Assembly (NCBI GenBank): GCA_963850125.1
Contig: CAWKKB010000005.1
Coordinates: 35,807 to 99,806 of the forward strand
DNA: 64,000 bases
Direction of reading: 5' to 3'
Origin: an uncultured delta proteobacterium
GTDB taxonomy: Bacteria > Desulfobacterota > Binatia > Binatales > Binataceae
Of the stretch, positions 39,312 through 50,631 are shown in pieces (position 1 is the first letter of the stretch; each line of letters starts with the position of its first letter). A program made the translations under genes and the position numbers. A model generated the notes under the pieces. It saw nothing but the letters and a program-made list of their open reading frames with translations. It searched no databases and had not been told where the DNA came from.

Positions 39312-40805
39312 TTAGAAGGCGTAAATGATATTGGCAGCCAAGGTATCCTGTCCGTGCCAAGTATGCTGCGTGAGGGTTACCGGGTTGACAAAATTGTTGT
39401 TTGCGAACGAGTTCTGACTCGAGTTGTCATGCCGGTATTCCAGGCGTGCGATCAGCCCGGTCACCTCGGGTATCTTGTAGCTTAGCGTCTGGGTGATCTC
39501 CCACAGGGTCTGCGCCTCGCCGTTGGTGCGCGCGCCGTCCATGTCGTCGAAGAATTCGGCGCGTGTCGCCGACTCCAACGCAGGGGTGAAATCGTAAACA
39601 ACGTACCCCGCTGCGCCCTGCCACGTGGCGCTGTGACCGTCGATTACAGGACCTGACTGGGACGCGTACAGATATTCGGCCTGCAGCGTCAGGTTAGGCA
39701 CGAACGCCGGCTTCCAGGTTCCGATCGGATCAATCGCCCCCAGGTTCATATTGGAGTGCGTACCCAAGCCCGGAGGCGACGGAAAGGTACTTGCCGCGCT
39801 CGAGGGCTGGACATTCGGTCCCCAGATGCCGTTGAGAACAAAGCTCAGCGACTTATCCTTGGTGTTGAGCGTCAGCTCACCTTCATAGTTCGGACCGCCA
39901 TTTGAGGTGCTGGCGGGATCATCCCAGCCGTTGTTCAGACCGGCGGTGGCCGAAACGTAATCGTTGAACGTATAGCTGGCCCGGATACCGGTGTGAGCGA
40001 TAGGTTCGCCCAGGGTATAGAGCAGGCCGCGGCTCTCGTTGAAGTTCTGGTTGTTGTAAACCGGAACAATCTCGGCGCCCAGCAGTGTCACGAAACGACC
40101 GGCTTCGAAACTCACGCCCGATCCGATCGGCGCAGTGTAGGTCAGGTAGTACTGCGTCGGATCGAACCATTGCCCACCGACGTGCGCCACGTTCGAGTAG
40201 TTGGTAACTGAGGAAATCGAGTTCGCGACCTGGCCGAAGTTGAGGTCGGTGACGAATCCAACCGTGCCATCGCGCTCGATGTGCAGATTGCCCTGCGTGA
40301 GCGAAAATCCGTCTATGTCCCACTCGCGAAACGTATTGACGTTGCCGTTGGGCTGATTGAAGTTATGCTCGTAGCCCGCATCAACCAGCGCATGCACGCT
40401 GATCCCAAGGTTGTCCGAGAGATTCTTCTGGATGGCCGCAATGTTGGTCTCGGCCAAGCCGACATGCTGGCCGATGGTGGCTGGTGGCACAGAAGCCGCC
40501 GGCTGTGCGACTACCATCGCTGCCTCTATTTTTTTGACCTCGCTGGTTGTGTCGTCTTGCTGCTTCTGCAGATTGCCCACCTGGCCCGACAGCGCGTTGA
40601 GCCGCTGCTCCTCATCAGGACCGGTTGTGGTGGTTGTGGTCGTAGTGACCACGTGATGATGATGCCTCCTCGTGGTAGTCGTCGTCGTGGCCGGATCTCC
40701 TGGATCTGCCGCCCAGACACTCGCGTTGCACAGCAATCCGATCAGTGCAACGCCTGAAATCAGGCCGATCCATACAGCGCCCCGGATCGTTTTCGTTCTG
40801 TTCAC
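39312..40805 (-). CDS. Outer-membrane beta-barrel porin (BBP2/DUF1597-like)
   Basis: Signal peptide, short coiled coil, GRF.TLLGAE, NFNESRG, GLNNGWD, RLEYRHD, terminal Phe (IIYAF). Confidence 0.85.
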   Translation of the reverse strand: MNRTKTIRGAVWIGLISGVALIGLLCNASVWAADPGDPATTTTTTRRHHHHVVTTTTTTTTGPDEEQRLNALSGQVGNLQKQQDDTTSEVKKIEAAMVVAQPAASVPPATIGQHVGLAETNIAAIQKNLSDNLGISVHALVDAGYEHNFNQPNGNVNTFREWDIDGFSLTQGNLHIERDGTVGFVTDLNFGQVANSISSVTNYSNVAHVGGQWFDPTQYYLTYTAPIGSGVSFEAGRFVTLLGAEIVPVYNNQNFNESRGLLYTLGEPIAHTGIRASYTFNDYVSATAGLNNGWDDPASTSNGGPNYEGELTLNTKDKSLSFVLNGIWGPNVQPSSAASTFPSPPGLGTHSNMNLGAIDPIGTWKPAFVPNLTLQAEYLYASQSGPVIDGHSATWQGAAGYVVYDFTPALESATRAEFFDDMDGARTNGEAQTLWEITQTLSYKIPEVTGLIARLEYRHDNSSQNSFANNNFVNPVTLTQHTWHGQDTLAANIIYAF

Positions 40806-41107
40806 GATCTCCTCCCTCCCGAACTGCGCGGCCTTTAGCCGCGGCTTTCCGCGCCCACACGTATGGAGCTACGGTGATTAACCGGCTGCCTTGGTTACAA
40901 GATTCATACCGGTGTAATAATTGAACGACGCCGAAAATTCTTTGTATCAATAAGCATTCTCGGCAGTCGGTCAGCGGTTGGTGATGCCCGGATGTGATGC
41001 ATTTGCCGGGTGATTAATCAGTTTTAGCGACCTATCGCAAGAGAGCGCAGGTAAGCAGAGACCTCGCAAAAACCGCGTAAAGGGTTAAAATTCGAAACCG
41101 GGTAAAC

Positions 41108-42274
41108 ATGAATTTCGAACTTACAGAGGCCCAGCAGGAGATCGTCAGGCAGGTCCGCACCCTGTGCACCAACTTTCCCGACGAATACTGGCGCGAGCAC
41201 GATCGGCGCGCCGAATTTCCTCATGACTTTTTCAAAGCGGTCGCCGCCGCCGGCTATCTCGGCGTCGCGATTCCCGAGCGTTACGGTGGCAGCGGGCTTG
41301 GAATCACCGAAGCTGCGCTCGTGATGCGCGAGGTCGCCGCCTCGGGCGGCGCGATGGCGGCCGCGAGCGCGGTCCATCTGTCGATCTTCGGCGTCAGTCC
41401 GCTCGTCTTCCACGGCAGCGAGGAGCAGAAGCTGCGCTATCTGCCGAAAGTCGTAAGCGGCGAAATGCATGTCGCGTTCGCGGTCACGGAGCCCGACGCC
41501 GGCAACGACATCACACATATCAAGACAGCGGCGCGCCGCGATGGCGACAACTACATAATCAACGGCCGCAAAGTCTTCACCACCAAAGCGCGCGAGGCGA
41601 AACGGATGCTCCTGCTCACGCGCACCACGCCGTTCGAGCAAGTCGCTAAAAAGACCGACGGTATGAGTCTGTTCTTCGCCGAGCTCGAGCCTTCGGCCGT
41701 CGAAATTCGCGAGCTTGAAAAACTCGGCCGCGCGGCGGTCGATACCAACTTGCTGTTCATCGACAATTTAAAAGTGTCGGCTTCGGATCTGATCGGCGGC
41801 GAAGGACGCGGTTTTCACTGCCTGCTCGACGGATTGAATCCCGAGCGTATCCTGGTTGCAGCCGAAGCTATTGGAATCGGCCGCGCCGCGGTTGCCAGGG
41901 CGGTCCAATATGCGAAAGAACGCGTCGTCTTCGGCCGTCCAATCGGACAAAACCAGGCAATCGCGCATCCGCTCGCGGATTCATACTCCAAGCTTGAAGC
42001 GGCGGAACTCATGATGCTGAAGGCGGCGTGGCTGTTCGACAATCGCAAGCCATGCGGCCCCGAAGCCAATACCGCAAAGCTGCGCGCCGCCGATGCCGCG
42101 TTCGAGGCTTGCGATCGCGCGGTGCAGACGCTCGGCGGCTACGGTTACGTTCGCGAGTACGACGTCGAGCGCTACTTCCGCGAATGCCGGCTGCTGAAAA
42201 TCGCGCCGGTGTCGCAGGAGATGGTGTTGAATTCGATCGCTGAGCACGTACTCGGCCTGCCGCGGTCGTACTAG
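41108..42274 (+). CDS. Acyl-CoA dehydrogenase
   Basis: AVTEPDAG, NGRKVFT, LNPERI, FGRPIGQNQAI, LGGYGY, RECRL. Confidence 0.95.
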   Translation: MNFELTEAQQEIVRQVRTLCTNFPDEYWREHDRRAEFPHDFFKAVAAAGYLGVAIPERYGGSGLGITEAALVMREVAASGGAMAAASAVHLSIFGVSPLVFHGSEEQKLRYLPKVVSGEMHVAFAVTEPDAGNDITHIKTAARRDGDNYIINGRKVFTTKAREAKRMLLLTRTTPFEQVAKKTDGMSLFFAELEPSAVEIRELEKLGRAAVDTNLLFIDNLKVSASDLIGGEGRGFHCLLDGLNPERILVAAEAIGIGRAAVARAVQYAKERVVFGRPIGQNQAIAHPLADSYSKLEAAELMMLKAAWLFDNRKPCGPEANTAKLRAADAAFEACDRAVQTLGGYGYVREYDVERYFRECRLLKIAPVSQEMVLNSIAEHVLGLPRSY

Positions 42275-42286
42275 CTGCGCTCACCG

Positions 42287-42640
42287 ATGCGTAAGGGCCC
42301 GATCGTCGTTTTGCTCGGCGCGGGATGCTTCGCGGCTTATGTGCTCTACTCGCTGACTGGCGTGGAACCGGTCAAGGTGGCAGACACTCGGCTGGTGCGA
42401 AGCGGCGACCGGGTCTCGGTTGAAGGCGAGCTTCACAACACCGGCGACGACACCGGCCCGCTCCAGCTCGAGGTGCGTTATTTCGATCGCGATGGCCGTT
42501 CGATTGGCAAGGACGTGGTCGCGGTGGACGGCCTCCGCCACGGCGCAGCGGCCCATTTCAAGAGCTCGACGCGGCCCGACGACGGCGTAGCGGATTTTTC
42601 CATCTATTTGAATCATGGCCGAAATCCCTATGGAAATTGA
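42287..42640 (+). CDS. FxLYD-like domain membrane-anchored protein
   Basis: N-terminal TM; VEGELHNTG..V.YFDRDG..IG...F beta-sandwich pattern. Confidence 0.6.
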   Translation: MRKGPIVVLLGAGCFAAYVLYSLTGVEPVKVADTRLVRSGDRVSVEGELHNTGDDTGPLQLEVRYFDRDGRSIGKDVVAVDGLRHGAAAHFKSSTRPDDGVADFSIYLNHGRNPYGN

Positions 42641-42904
42641 AAACGGGCCGAAATCCGGGCTCTTTAAGACACTGAATAATATCGCAAGAACCGCGTCTAA
42701 ACAGTTTGTAGGCTTATGCTATCTATTTGTGTGATGTAGTCCGAAGACTTGAAATAACTCCGCAATTAGTACGCTTGCCTTTAAGTCGTCCTGATGGTAC
42801 TAACTGTAAGTGTCGAATAACACCATTTTGGTGGACGTGTGTTCGTATCGGCAGATCGACCGCATAATCGGCGCATTTTGAAAAAGGGGAAAGAGGTTTC
42901 TATC

Positions 42905-43333
42905 ATGGCACGCATCAAGGAACGTACGTTCGGACAGGTCATCCGTGAGCGGAGACGGCAACTGGATCTCACCCAGGAAGAAATCGCCCGCCGCATCAAA
43001 ACCTCCACGCCGTATGTCGGACATCTCGAGTCCGGCAAACGCCATCCTTCCGACAAGATTCTGACTCGCCTGGCGGAAGTGCTCGGACTCGATCGCCGCG
43101 AACTGTTTTTCCTCGCCAATCCGCGAGCGCAAGCCCTGCTGAGTCCCGAGATCGAGACCACGGCCGAGTCCGCTTGGGAAGATTTCAAGAAGAACGAGCA
43201 GCTGCGGCGCATTCACAACGTTACCGCCAGCGAGATGGAAATGCTTTCCCGGGTGGCGCTGCTCGGCGACGTGCGCTCGCCCCGCGATTTCATCTACATA
43301 CTCAATACCGTGCGCCACGCCGTCGGGAGATAG
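42905..43333 (+). CDS. XRE-family HTH transcriptional regulator
   Basis: FGQVIRERR..LTQEEIA....STPYVGHLESGKRHPS. Confidence 0.9.
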   Translation: MARIKERTFGQVIRERRRQLDLTQEEIARRIKTSTPYVGHLESGKRHPSDKILTRLAEVLGLDRRELFFLANPRAQALLSPEIETTAESAWEDFKKNEQLRRIHNVTASEMEMLSRVALLGDVRSPRDFIYILNTVRHAVGR

Positions 43334-43375
43334 CAGCACCGCCGATTCGAACACACGTACCACCGATTCGTTAAG

Positions 43376-43409
43376 GACGCGGGAGCTTTGCCTCTCGCGT
43401 CTTTTTTTT
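43376..43409 (+). terminator. Intrinsic terminator
   Basis: GC-rich stem-loop (GACGCGGGAG...CTCGCGTC, one G-U pair) followed by T8. Confidence 0.8.
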
Positions 43410-43440
43410 GCGCATCGCGCTGCCTAAGCTCGATCGCATC

Positions 43441-44733
43441 ATGGGCGAGCCTGCACGAGCGCGTGAGACCGCGCCGGGAATCCCGCGATGGCCGCAACGG
43501 TACACGGTCGTCGCGCTGTTCTTTCTCGGCACCGCGCTCTGCTACGTCGATCGCATCAGCATCTCGGTCGCGATAATCCCGCTCGCCCATCAATTCGGTT
43601 ACGACTCGGCCGCGCAGGGACTCGTGCTCTCAGCAGTGTTCTGGGGATACCTGTGGACCCAACTCGTCGGCGGATGGATGGCGGATCGATTCGGCGGCCA
43701 TCGCGTGCTCGCGGCCGGCGTAGCTATCTGGTCGATCGCAACCTTCGTCACGCCGATCGCGGCTGCCGCGTCATTCGCCGCGCTGCTCGCGGCGCGCGTC
43801 CTGCTCGGTCTTGGCGAGGGCGTCAACTTTCCTTCGATCCACAGCTTGACCGCTCGATGGACGCTGCCGTCCGAGCGCGCACGCGTGCTGTCCGTGAACT
43901 ACAGCGGGATGTACGTCGGGACGGTCCTGGCGCTGAGTGTGAGTCCGCTGATTATCAAGGCGTTCGGATGGCCCGCGCTGTTCTACATTTCGGGCGCACT
44001 CGGTTTGGTCTGGGTCGCGGTCTGGATGCTCATCGCTGCCGACCGGCCGGAGACGTCGTCGCGCATGACCACGCCCGAGCTCGAATTGATCATCTCGATG
44101 CGCACCGCGGAGCCGCGCGCGATCCGAGTGCCGTGGGCCACAATCGCCCGCGAGCCGGCAGTCTGGGCGATCGTCGTCGCGCATTTCTGCAGCAACTTCG
44201 GGTTCAACATCCTGCTGCTCTGGATGCCGACCTATCTGCATCACACGTTCAGGGTGCCGCTCGAGCGTGTCGGCGTGTATTCGATCATCCCGTGGATCAC
44301 GACCTTCTTCACGATAAGTTTCTCGGGCTGGCTCGCTGACGCACTGATCGCGCGCGGCCTCGCAATCGGCACCGTGCGCAAGTCGATGCAGACCGCGGCT
44401 TTCGCGCTCGGTGCGATATCGCTCATCCTGGTACCCGCTGCACATTCACCGGCGATGGCGGTCGCGCTGCTCACGCTCGCCGCATCCTCCAACGGCATTG
44501 GCTCGGCGGCATTCGGCGTGAATCACCTGGACGTCGCTCCGACCTACGCTGGAATCCTGATGGGAATCTCGAACACCTTCGCGACCGTCCCGGGCATCAT
44601 CGGCGTCGCCGCGACCGGGATGATCGTGCAGGCGACCAAGTCGTTCAGTGCGGTCTTTTTTCTGATCGCGGCGTTCTATGGCCTCGGGATGTTCTTCTAC
44701 CTCCGATGGGCCAGCGGCGAGCAAAGGATCTGA
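43441..44733 (+). CDS. MFS transporter, ACS (anion:cation symporter) family
   Basis: YVDRISISVAI, FWGY..Q..GG.MAD, GEGVNFP, NHLDVAP.YAG. Confidence 0.92.
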   Translation: MGEPARARETAPGIPRWPQRYTVVALFFLGTALCYVDRISISVAIIPLAHQFGYDSAAQGLVLSAVFWGYLWTQLVGGWMADRFGGHRVLAAGVAIWSIATFVTPIAAAASFAALLAARVLLGLGEGVNFPSIHSLTARWTLPSERARVLSVNYSGMYVGTVLALSVSPLIIKAFGWPALFYISGALGLVWVAVWMLIAADRPETSSRMTTPELELIISMRTAEPRAIRVPWATIAREPAVWAIVVAHFCSNFGFNILLLWMPTYLHHTFRVPLERVGVYSIIPWITTFFTISFSGWLADALIARGLAIGTVRKSMQTAAFALGAISLILVPAAHSPAMAVALLTLAASSNGIGSAAFGVNHLDVAPTYAGILMGISNTFATVPGIIGVAATGMIVQATKSFSAVFFLIAAFYGLGMFFYLRWASGEQRI

Positions 44734-44799
44734 ATTTTTGCGGTGGCGCAGTGCCCAAGAGTCGCGATATACCCGTGAGACAAACTGGAGCGCGATCAG

Positions 44800-46098
44800 A
44801 TGAGCCAGCCAAGCAAACTCTCGTCGTACCGATGGGTTATCGAAGTCCTGTTGTTGCTGCTGCTGACGGCGCAGTCGTTCGCCTGGCTCGCGCCCGCGCC
44901 GATACTCCAGGAAATCCGGAAGGGGCTCGGAATCTCGCTCAGTAGCGCCGGCCTGATCATCTCGATCATCGCGCTATGCATCGGCATCTTCTCGCTTCTC
45001 GGCGCGGTCGTCGCCGAGAAGATTGGACCGCTGCGCGCGCTGATCATCGGAATCTGGTTGATGGCAATCGGGCAGGTCGCGAGCGGCTACGCACCGAATT
45101 TTGCCGCGCTGCTCGCATGCCGCGTGCTCGAGGGAGTCGGCTACGGCCTCGTCATCGCGCCGCCGGGCACTCTGGTGATGCAATGGTTCGGCGAAGGCGA
45201 GTGGCCGTACATCAACATGGTCAACTTCTCGTTTGGCTACGTCGGACTCACCGCGGTATTCCGCTCGACGCCTGCGTTGTTCGCAGCGGTCGGATCGTGG
45301 CGGATGACGCTGCTGTGGTACGGCGTCGGTTCGGCGGGCGTCGCGCTTTTGTGGTCGGTCTTCGGGCGTGAGCGTCGCTCCGAGATCGCTGCGCCGGCGC
45401 CGGGCGCGATCGAAGCACCGGCCGAGCGCGGGTCGGCGCTGATGGAAGTCGCGAAGATGCGCAACGTGCTGCTGATCGCCGGCGGTCTCTTCGGCGGGAT
45501 GTGGGTCTTCCAGATTTACACCGCGTTCCTGCCTGAGTTCTTCCGCACCTACCGCGGCATGTCGCTCGCCGAAGCCTCGCTGATGACGCAGGTGCTGCCG
45601 TTTACGGGACTGTTCGCTGCTCTGGGCGGCGGCATCGGCACGGGGATGTCGGGACTGCGCAAACCGTTCACCTGGCCAATTGCGTTTGCGACGCTGGTCG
45701 GATGCGCCGGCGCATTGACGCTTCCCGATCCGACTTGGATTCGCCTCTCGTTGGTGCTGGTGGGGATCGGTTCCGCCGGATCGCTCGCCGCAATCACGAC
45801 ACTGCTGATGGAATTGCCGGGCATGAATCCGACCCGCGTGGGCGCGGCACTGGGCTTCGTATGGGCGATCGGTTACTTTGGCGCATTCATCTCGCCGTTC
45901 CTGGGCGGCGCCCTCGCCGCGCATATCGGATTGCGCGCCGTGATGCTCGGGTTCCTGGTGTTCCAGTTCCTGCCGATCGTAACGATGTACTTCCTGCCCG
46001 AGACCGGCCCCGGCCGCACCCGCTACGAAATCGAAGCCGGGTCCACATCCTACGTCCCCGGCGTCCCGCGCCCCGAGGACACCCATCTCCCTTCATAG
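44800..46098 (+). CDS. MFS transporter (CynX-like)
   Basis: About 12 TM; CRVLEGVG; GFVWAIGY.G..SP. Confidence 0.85.
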   Translation: MSQPSKLSSYRWVIEVLLLLLLTAQSFAWLAPAPILQEIRKGLGISLSSAGLIISIIALCIGIFSLLGAVVAEKIGPLRALIIGIWLMAIGQVASGYAPNFAALLACRVLEGVGYGLVIAPPGTLVMQWFGEGEWPYINMVNFSFGYVGLTAVFRSTPALFAAVGSWRMTLLWYGVGSAGVALLWSVFGRERRSEIAAPAPGAIEAPAERGSALMEVAKMRNVLLIAGGLFGGMWVFQIYTAFLPEFFRTYRGMSLAEASLMTQVLPFTGLFAALGGGIGTGMSGLRKPFTWPIAFATLVGCAGALTLPDPTWIRLSLVLVGIGSAGSLAAITTLLMELPGMNPTRVGAALGFVWAIGYFGAFISPFLGGALAAHIGLRAVMLGFLVFQFLPIVTMYFLPETGPGRTRYEIEAGSTSYVPGVPRPEDTHLPS

Positions 46099-46130
46099 AA
46101 CAAAGGCTTCGCGCAACCTGGCGTGCAGTT

Positions 46131-46298
46131 CTTCCCCTCTCCCCGCAAGGGAGAGGATCAAAGGTGAGGGTCCTTATTCAGCGCGCGCTGCGCGCGCGAT
46201 TCAAGATTCTGAATCTCCTCCTGATCTGGTTCCCCTTCCCGCTCGGAAAGGGTCTTTTCTATCTTGTTCCCCTTCCCACTATGGGAAGGGGTTAGGTG

Positions 46299-46307
<9 letters not shown>
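46131..46307. repeat. REP-like composite, copy 2, plus CCCCTTCCC/GGGAAGGGG hairpins
   Basis: 46131-46210 matches 18701-18781; followed by TTCCCCTTCCC twice and GGGAAGGGGTTAGGTGTTAGGTTCCT. Confidence 0.8.
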
Positions 46308-47105
<798 letters not shown>

Positions 47106-47237
47106 TCCTTCCAGCCGCGGAAATCCTATCTTCACCTCGGCGTCGATTCCATCGCGGAGTTGTTTGCCCTTTCTGCGATCATGAACCTAAGATGGCTTCC
47201 GGGGACCAAACGACTCGCCAGCTTGGGGAAAGCATCG

Positions 47238-48056
47238 ATGGCGGTAATCGCGATTAGCCAGCAGATAGGCAGCAGGGGTATCGAGCTCGGTGAGCTCACG
47301 GCGCGCGAACTGGGGTATCGCTTCCAGAGCGGCGAGCAGTTGATCGCCGAAACTGCCAAGCGCTTCAACGTCAGCGCCGAGCAAGCGAAATGGTTTGACG
47401 TGCACAACCCGCATTTTTGGGAGCGCAAGACCGACGGCACCCGCTTCGCCGCTTACTACCGCGCCGTCTTCCTGCAGGAGGCGGCACAGGACCGGATCGT
47501 CGTCGCGGGCCGCGGCTCCGCGCACTTTCTTCCCGAAGGCGGATGCGGCATCAGGGTGCGCACGATGGCTCCTGTGGCCGACCGCATCAAGCACGTGGCA
47601 AAGGATGAGAAGCTCACGCCAGCGGCGGCGGACAAGCGCGTTCGCGATTTCGATGCGGAAGTGAAGGCGCGCATTCAGAGCCTGTTCGGGCAGGACATCG
47701 AAGACCCCGCGATTTACGACATCGTGATCAACACCGCGCGGCTTTCGCTGGCGTCGCACGCGATCACACTTGCGGCGCTCGCGACTCATATCGACAGCGA
47801 GATCAATCCGGAACGAACCAAGTGCATGGCCGATGCAGCGATCGCGGCGCAGGTACACGCGGCGTTGGTAGCACATCCGAAAATTGGCGACGCGCAGATG
47901 TCGGTCAATTGCTCGGCGGGATGCGTGCGCGTGAGCGGTCCCGGCCTGGTGCCGCCGTGGGACGGCCTCGTGATCGGAGTCGCGCAGAGTGTCGCCGGTG
48001 TCGCATCGGTCGAGGTCGGCGCTGAAGACGATCCCGTAACCTTGACGACCAGCTAG
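47238..48056 (+). CDS. Cytidylate kinase-like protein with C-terminal BON domain
   Basis: IAISQQIGSRG, VVAGRG, YDIVINT; BON-like C-terminus. Confidence 0.82.
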   Translation: MAVIAISQQIGSRGIELGELTARELGYRFQSGEQLIAETAKRFNVSAEQAKWFDVHNPHFWERKTDGTRFAAYYRAVFLQEAAQDRIVVAGRGSAHFLPEGGCGIRVRTMAPVADRIKHVAKDEKLTPAAADKRVRDFDAEVKARIQSLFGQDIEDPAIYDIVINTARLSLASHAITLAALATHIDSEINPERTKCMADAAIAAQVHAALVAHPKIGDAQMSVNCSAGCVRVSGPGLVPPWDGLVIGVAQSVAGVASVEVGAEDDPVTLTTS

Positions 48057-48067
48057 CTGCCTGCCGG

Positions 48068-48529
48068 ATGCGCGCACTTATCCTTTTTTTCGCCACTGGA
48101 ATATATTCCGGCTACGCTCCAATCGCGCCGGGGACTGCGGGGTCGGTGGTCGGGTTGGCCGTAGTGTGGCTCGTGTTCGGACCGCTCTGGGAGCATTCGC
48201 CGGCGCTGTGCCTGATCGTCTTCGCGATCACTTTTGCGATCGCGTGCTGGATTTCCGATCGCGCCGAGAAAATTTTCGACAACCACGACGATTCGCGCAT
48301 CGTGATCGATGAAGTGCTCGGGATGGCGGCGACGATGTTCGGCAATCCGATCACGTTCGGATGGATGATGGTGGGATTCCTGCTGTTTCGAATCGCCGAC
48401 GTGATCAAGCCGTGGCCGGCGAACCTGATCGATCGCCGCATGCGCAACGGCGCGGGCGTGATGCTCGACGATTTGGCTGCCGCAATCTATGCGAATATCG
48501 TGTTGCAGGTGCTCGTGCGCATTCTCTGA
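48068..48529 (+). CDS. pgpA: Phosphatidylglycerophosphatase A
   Basis: GYAPIAPGTAGS, IVIDEVLG, FRIADVIKPWP, GVMLDDLAA. Confidence 0.95.
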   Translation: MRALILFFATGIYSGYAPIAPGTAGSVVGLAVVWLVFGPLWEHSPALCLIVFAITFAIACWISDRAEKIFDNHDDSRIVIDEVLGMAATMFGNPITFGWMMVGFLLFRIADVIKPWPANLIDRRMRNGAGVMLDDLAAAIYANIVLQVLVRIL

Positions 48530-48555
48530 AGCTGCACGCCCGCAAGGAGTTCTCG

Positions 48556-49839
48556 ATGATTCAGAACGCTGTGATCCTTTCAACCGGCGACGAAATCACC
48601 ACCGGCAAGGTCGTCGATACCAACGCCAACTATCTTTCCGACAAGCTCGCGGAAATTGGAATCGATCTGATCGCGGTTATCACTGTCGGCGACGTTCCCG
48701 ATCGTTTGGAATGGGCGTGGCGCACCGCGATCGAAAAGGGCGACGTCGTGATTTCGACAGGCGGCATCGGACCGACGGCCGACGACCTGACCACTGAAAC
48801 GATCGCGCGCGTCGCGGGCGTGAAGTTGCGGCGCGACGAGGATGCCGTCGATCACATGAAGCGATTGTTCGCGGCGATCAGCCGCCCGATGCCCGAGAAC
48901 AATCTCAAGCAGGCGGATTTTCCCGAGGGCGCGACGGTCATCCAGAACCCGCTCGGCACCGCGCCCGGCTTCAGGATTCCGGTGACGCTCGGTGGTCATA
49001 CCGCGCATCTTATTGTGCTGCCGGGCGTCCCGCGCGAGATGAAACCGATGATGGAAAACACGGTGATACCGTGGATCGCGGCGAATCGCGGCACCGACCA
49101 GGTTTACGCGGTGAAAATTTTTCAGACATTCGGGATGAGTGAGTCGGCGCTCGATGAAGCGGTGGCGGGATTGATCAAGCCGGAGGAAGCGAAGGTTTCG
49201 TTTCGCGCGAGCTTCCCGCAGATTTCGCTGAAGATCAGAGTCGAGGGGAAACCGGGTGAAGTCGAACGCAAACTCGAGGAGTTGTCGCATCGCGTACGCG
49301 AGAAAATCTCGCAGTTCATTTACGGCGAAGGCGACACTTCGATGGAGGAAGTCGTCGGCCGCCTGTTCATAGACAGGAAACTCACGCTGGCAGTTGCGGA
49401 ATCGTGCACCGGCGGACTGATCGGGCATCGGATCACCAATGTTCCGGGATGCTCGCAATACTTCAAGGGCGACCTGGTCACCTACACCTACGATGTGAAG
49501 GAGGGAGTGCTAGGTGTTTCAGATGAGACGCTGAAGGCGCATGGCGCTGTGAGCGAGGAATGCGTGCGCGAGATGGCGGCTGGCGCTCGCAAACGCACTG
49601 GCGCGAACGTATCGGTCGCGACCTCGGGCATCGCAGGCCCCGACGGCGGCACGCCGGACAAGCCGGTCGGCACGGTATGCGTCGCGCTGTCGGCCGATGA
49701 TCAGAGCATCACGCGCAGATACCAGTTCCGCGGCACTCGCGACTGGATCAAGCTGATCACGTCGCAGGTCGCGCTCGATTGGTTGCGGCGCTACGCGCTC
49801 GGTCTGCCGATCGCCGACTCAGCAATATTCCGCCGCTAG
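48556..49839 (+). CDS. cinA: CinA (MocF + PncC domains)
   Basis: GDEITTG..DTN, GGIGPTADD, LPGVPREM, AVAESCTGG, SGIAGPDGG..KPVGTV. Confidence 0.95.
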   Translation: MIQNAVILSTGDEITTGKVVDTNANYLSDKLAEIGIDLIAVITVGDVPDRLEWAWRTAIEKGDVVISTGGIGPTADDLTTETIARVAGVKLRRDEDAVDHMKRLFAAISRPMPENNLKQADFPEGATVIQNPLGTAPGFRIPVTLGGHTAHLIVLPGVPREMKPMMENTVIPWIAANRGTDQVYAVKIFQTFGMSESALDEAVAGLIKPEEAKVSFRASFPQISLKIRVEGKPGEVERKLEELSHRVREKISQFIYGEGDTSMEEVVGRLFIDRKLTLAVAESCTGGLIGHRITNVPGCSQYFKGDLVTYTYDVKEGVLGVSDETLKAHGAVSEECVREMAAGARKRTGANVSVATSGIAGPDGGTPDKPVGTVCVALSADDQSITRRYQFRGTRDWIKLITSQVALDWLRRYALGLPIADSAIFRR

Positions 49840-49843
49840 TCAC

Positions 49844-50221
49844 TCATCTGACACGCGCGTAGTTGATCAGATCGCTGCCGTTGCCGGCGAGGGCCAGCTT
49901 CCCATTGGTGGCCGCGCATTGGACGGCACTCGCCGACGATGCGTCGGTGCATAGCACGACGTTGGTGTCGCCGGTGAAGCACGCATCGTTGACGGTCGCG
50001 TTGCCTTGAGCGAGCTGCACGCGTCCCGCACAGACGTTGACCGTCTCTCTCACATCGACCGAGCCGAAGACGCTGTTGGCGAAGACGTCGCGCGATTCCT
50101 TCGCCCCTGATCCAGGCTCGCCGGCCCGCCCCGGCGGCTCTGGATGGGACCCACGACCGCATCCAGAGCCAATCATCGCGAATAGGGAGAGTGCCGCAAG
50201 AATTGTCGTTCCTGTTTTCAT
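49844..50221 (-). CDS. Cys-containing lipoprotein
   Basis: Lipobox IGSGC; four further Cys in the C-terminal domain; last gene of the psp-like operon. Confidence 0.7.
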   Translation of the reverse strand: MKTGTTILAALSLFAMIGSGCGRGSHPEPPGRAGEPGSGAKESRDVFANSVFGSVDVRETVNVCAGRVQLAQGNATVNDACFTGDTNVVLCTDASSASAVQCAATNGKLALAGNGSDLINYARVR

Positions 50222-50243
50222 GTTCCCCAATCTTGGTGATTGA

Positions 50244-50624
50244 TCAGGCAAATTCAGCACTCGCCCGCTGTACGCTGACGCCTCCGAACAGCGAGTACGC
50301 AAGAATGTCCAGTGGTAGAGGAGCATCCTCGTCGTCATCTATCGTGGCGCTCGAGTCCGAACTGTTCGCGGCTGTTTGCCGGCTGCGCAGATCGATCTTG
50401 CGCCCTCCGAACACGCTAAAGCCGTCGCACACCACTTTTTCGTCGGGGCGCACTCTCACTCTGGCACCGCCGAATATCGCGACGACGGTAACGGCAAGCT
50501 CGGGCGGCGCAGAGGTGAGGTCCAAGTCAAGTCCTCCGAAAAGAGCAAGGCCAAAAAACGATTCTCCACGATGGAGCATGCTCCCGTCGATCTTGTTTCC
50601 GGAAAAAATGGCTAGGCTCACCAT
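50244..50624 (-). CDS. LiaF C-terminal-like (DUF2154-type) beta-repeat protein
   Basis: Repeated xFGG units: AIFSG, ALFGG.DLDL, AIFGG, SVFGG, SLFGG. Confidence 0.75.
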   Translation of the reverse strand: MVSLAIFSGNKIDGSMLHRGESFFGLALFGGLDLDLTSAPPELAVTVVAIFGGARVRVRPDEKVVCDGFSVFGGRKIDLRSRQTAANSSDSSATIDDDEDAPLPLDILAYSLFGGVSVQRASAEFA

Positions 50625-50631
50625 GATCGCA

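Noticed and set aside
42641-42904. Riboswitch or sRNA in the AT-rich leader of the XRE gene
   Set aside because: No recognisable conserved aptamer; an Rfam/Infernal scan would be needed
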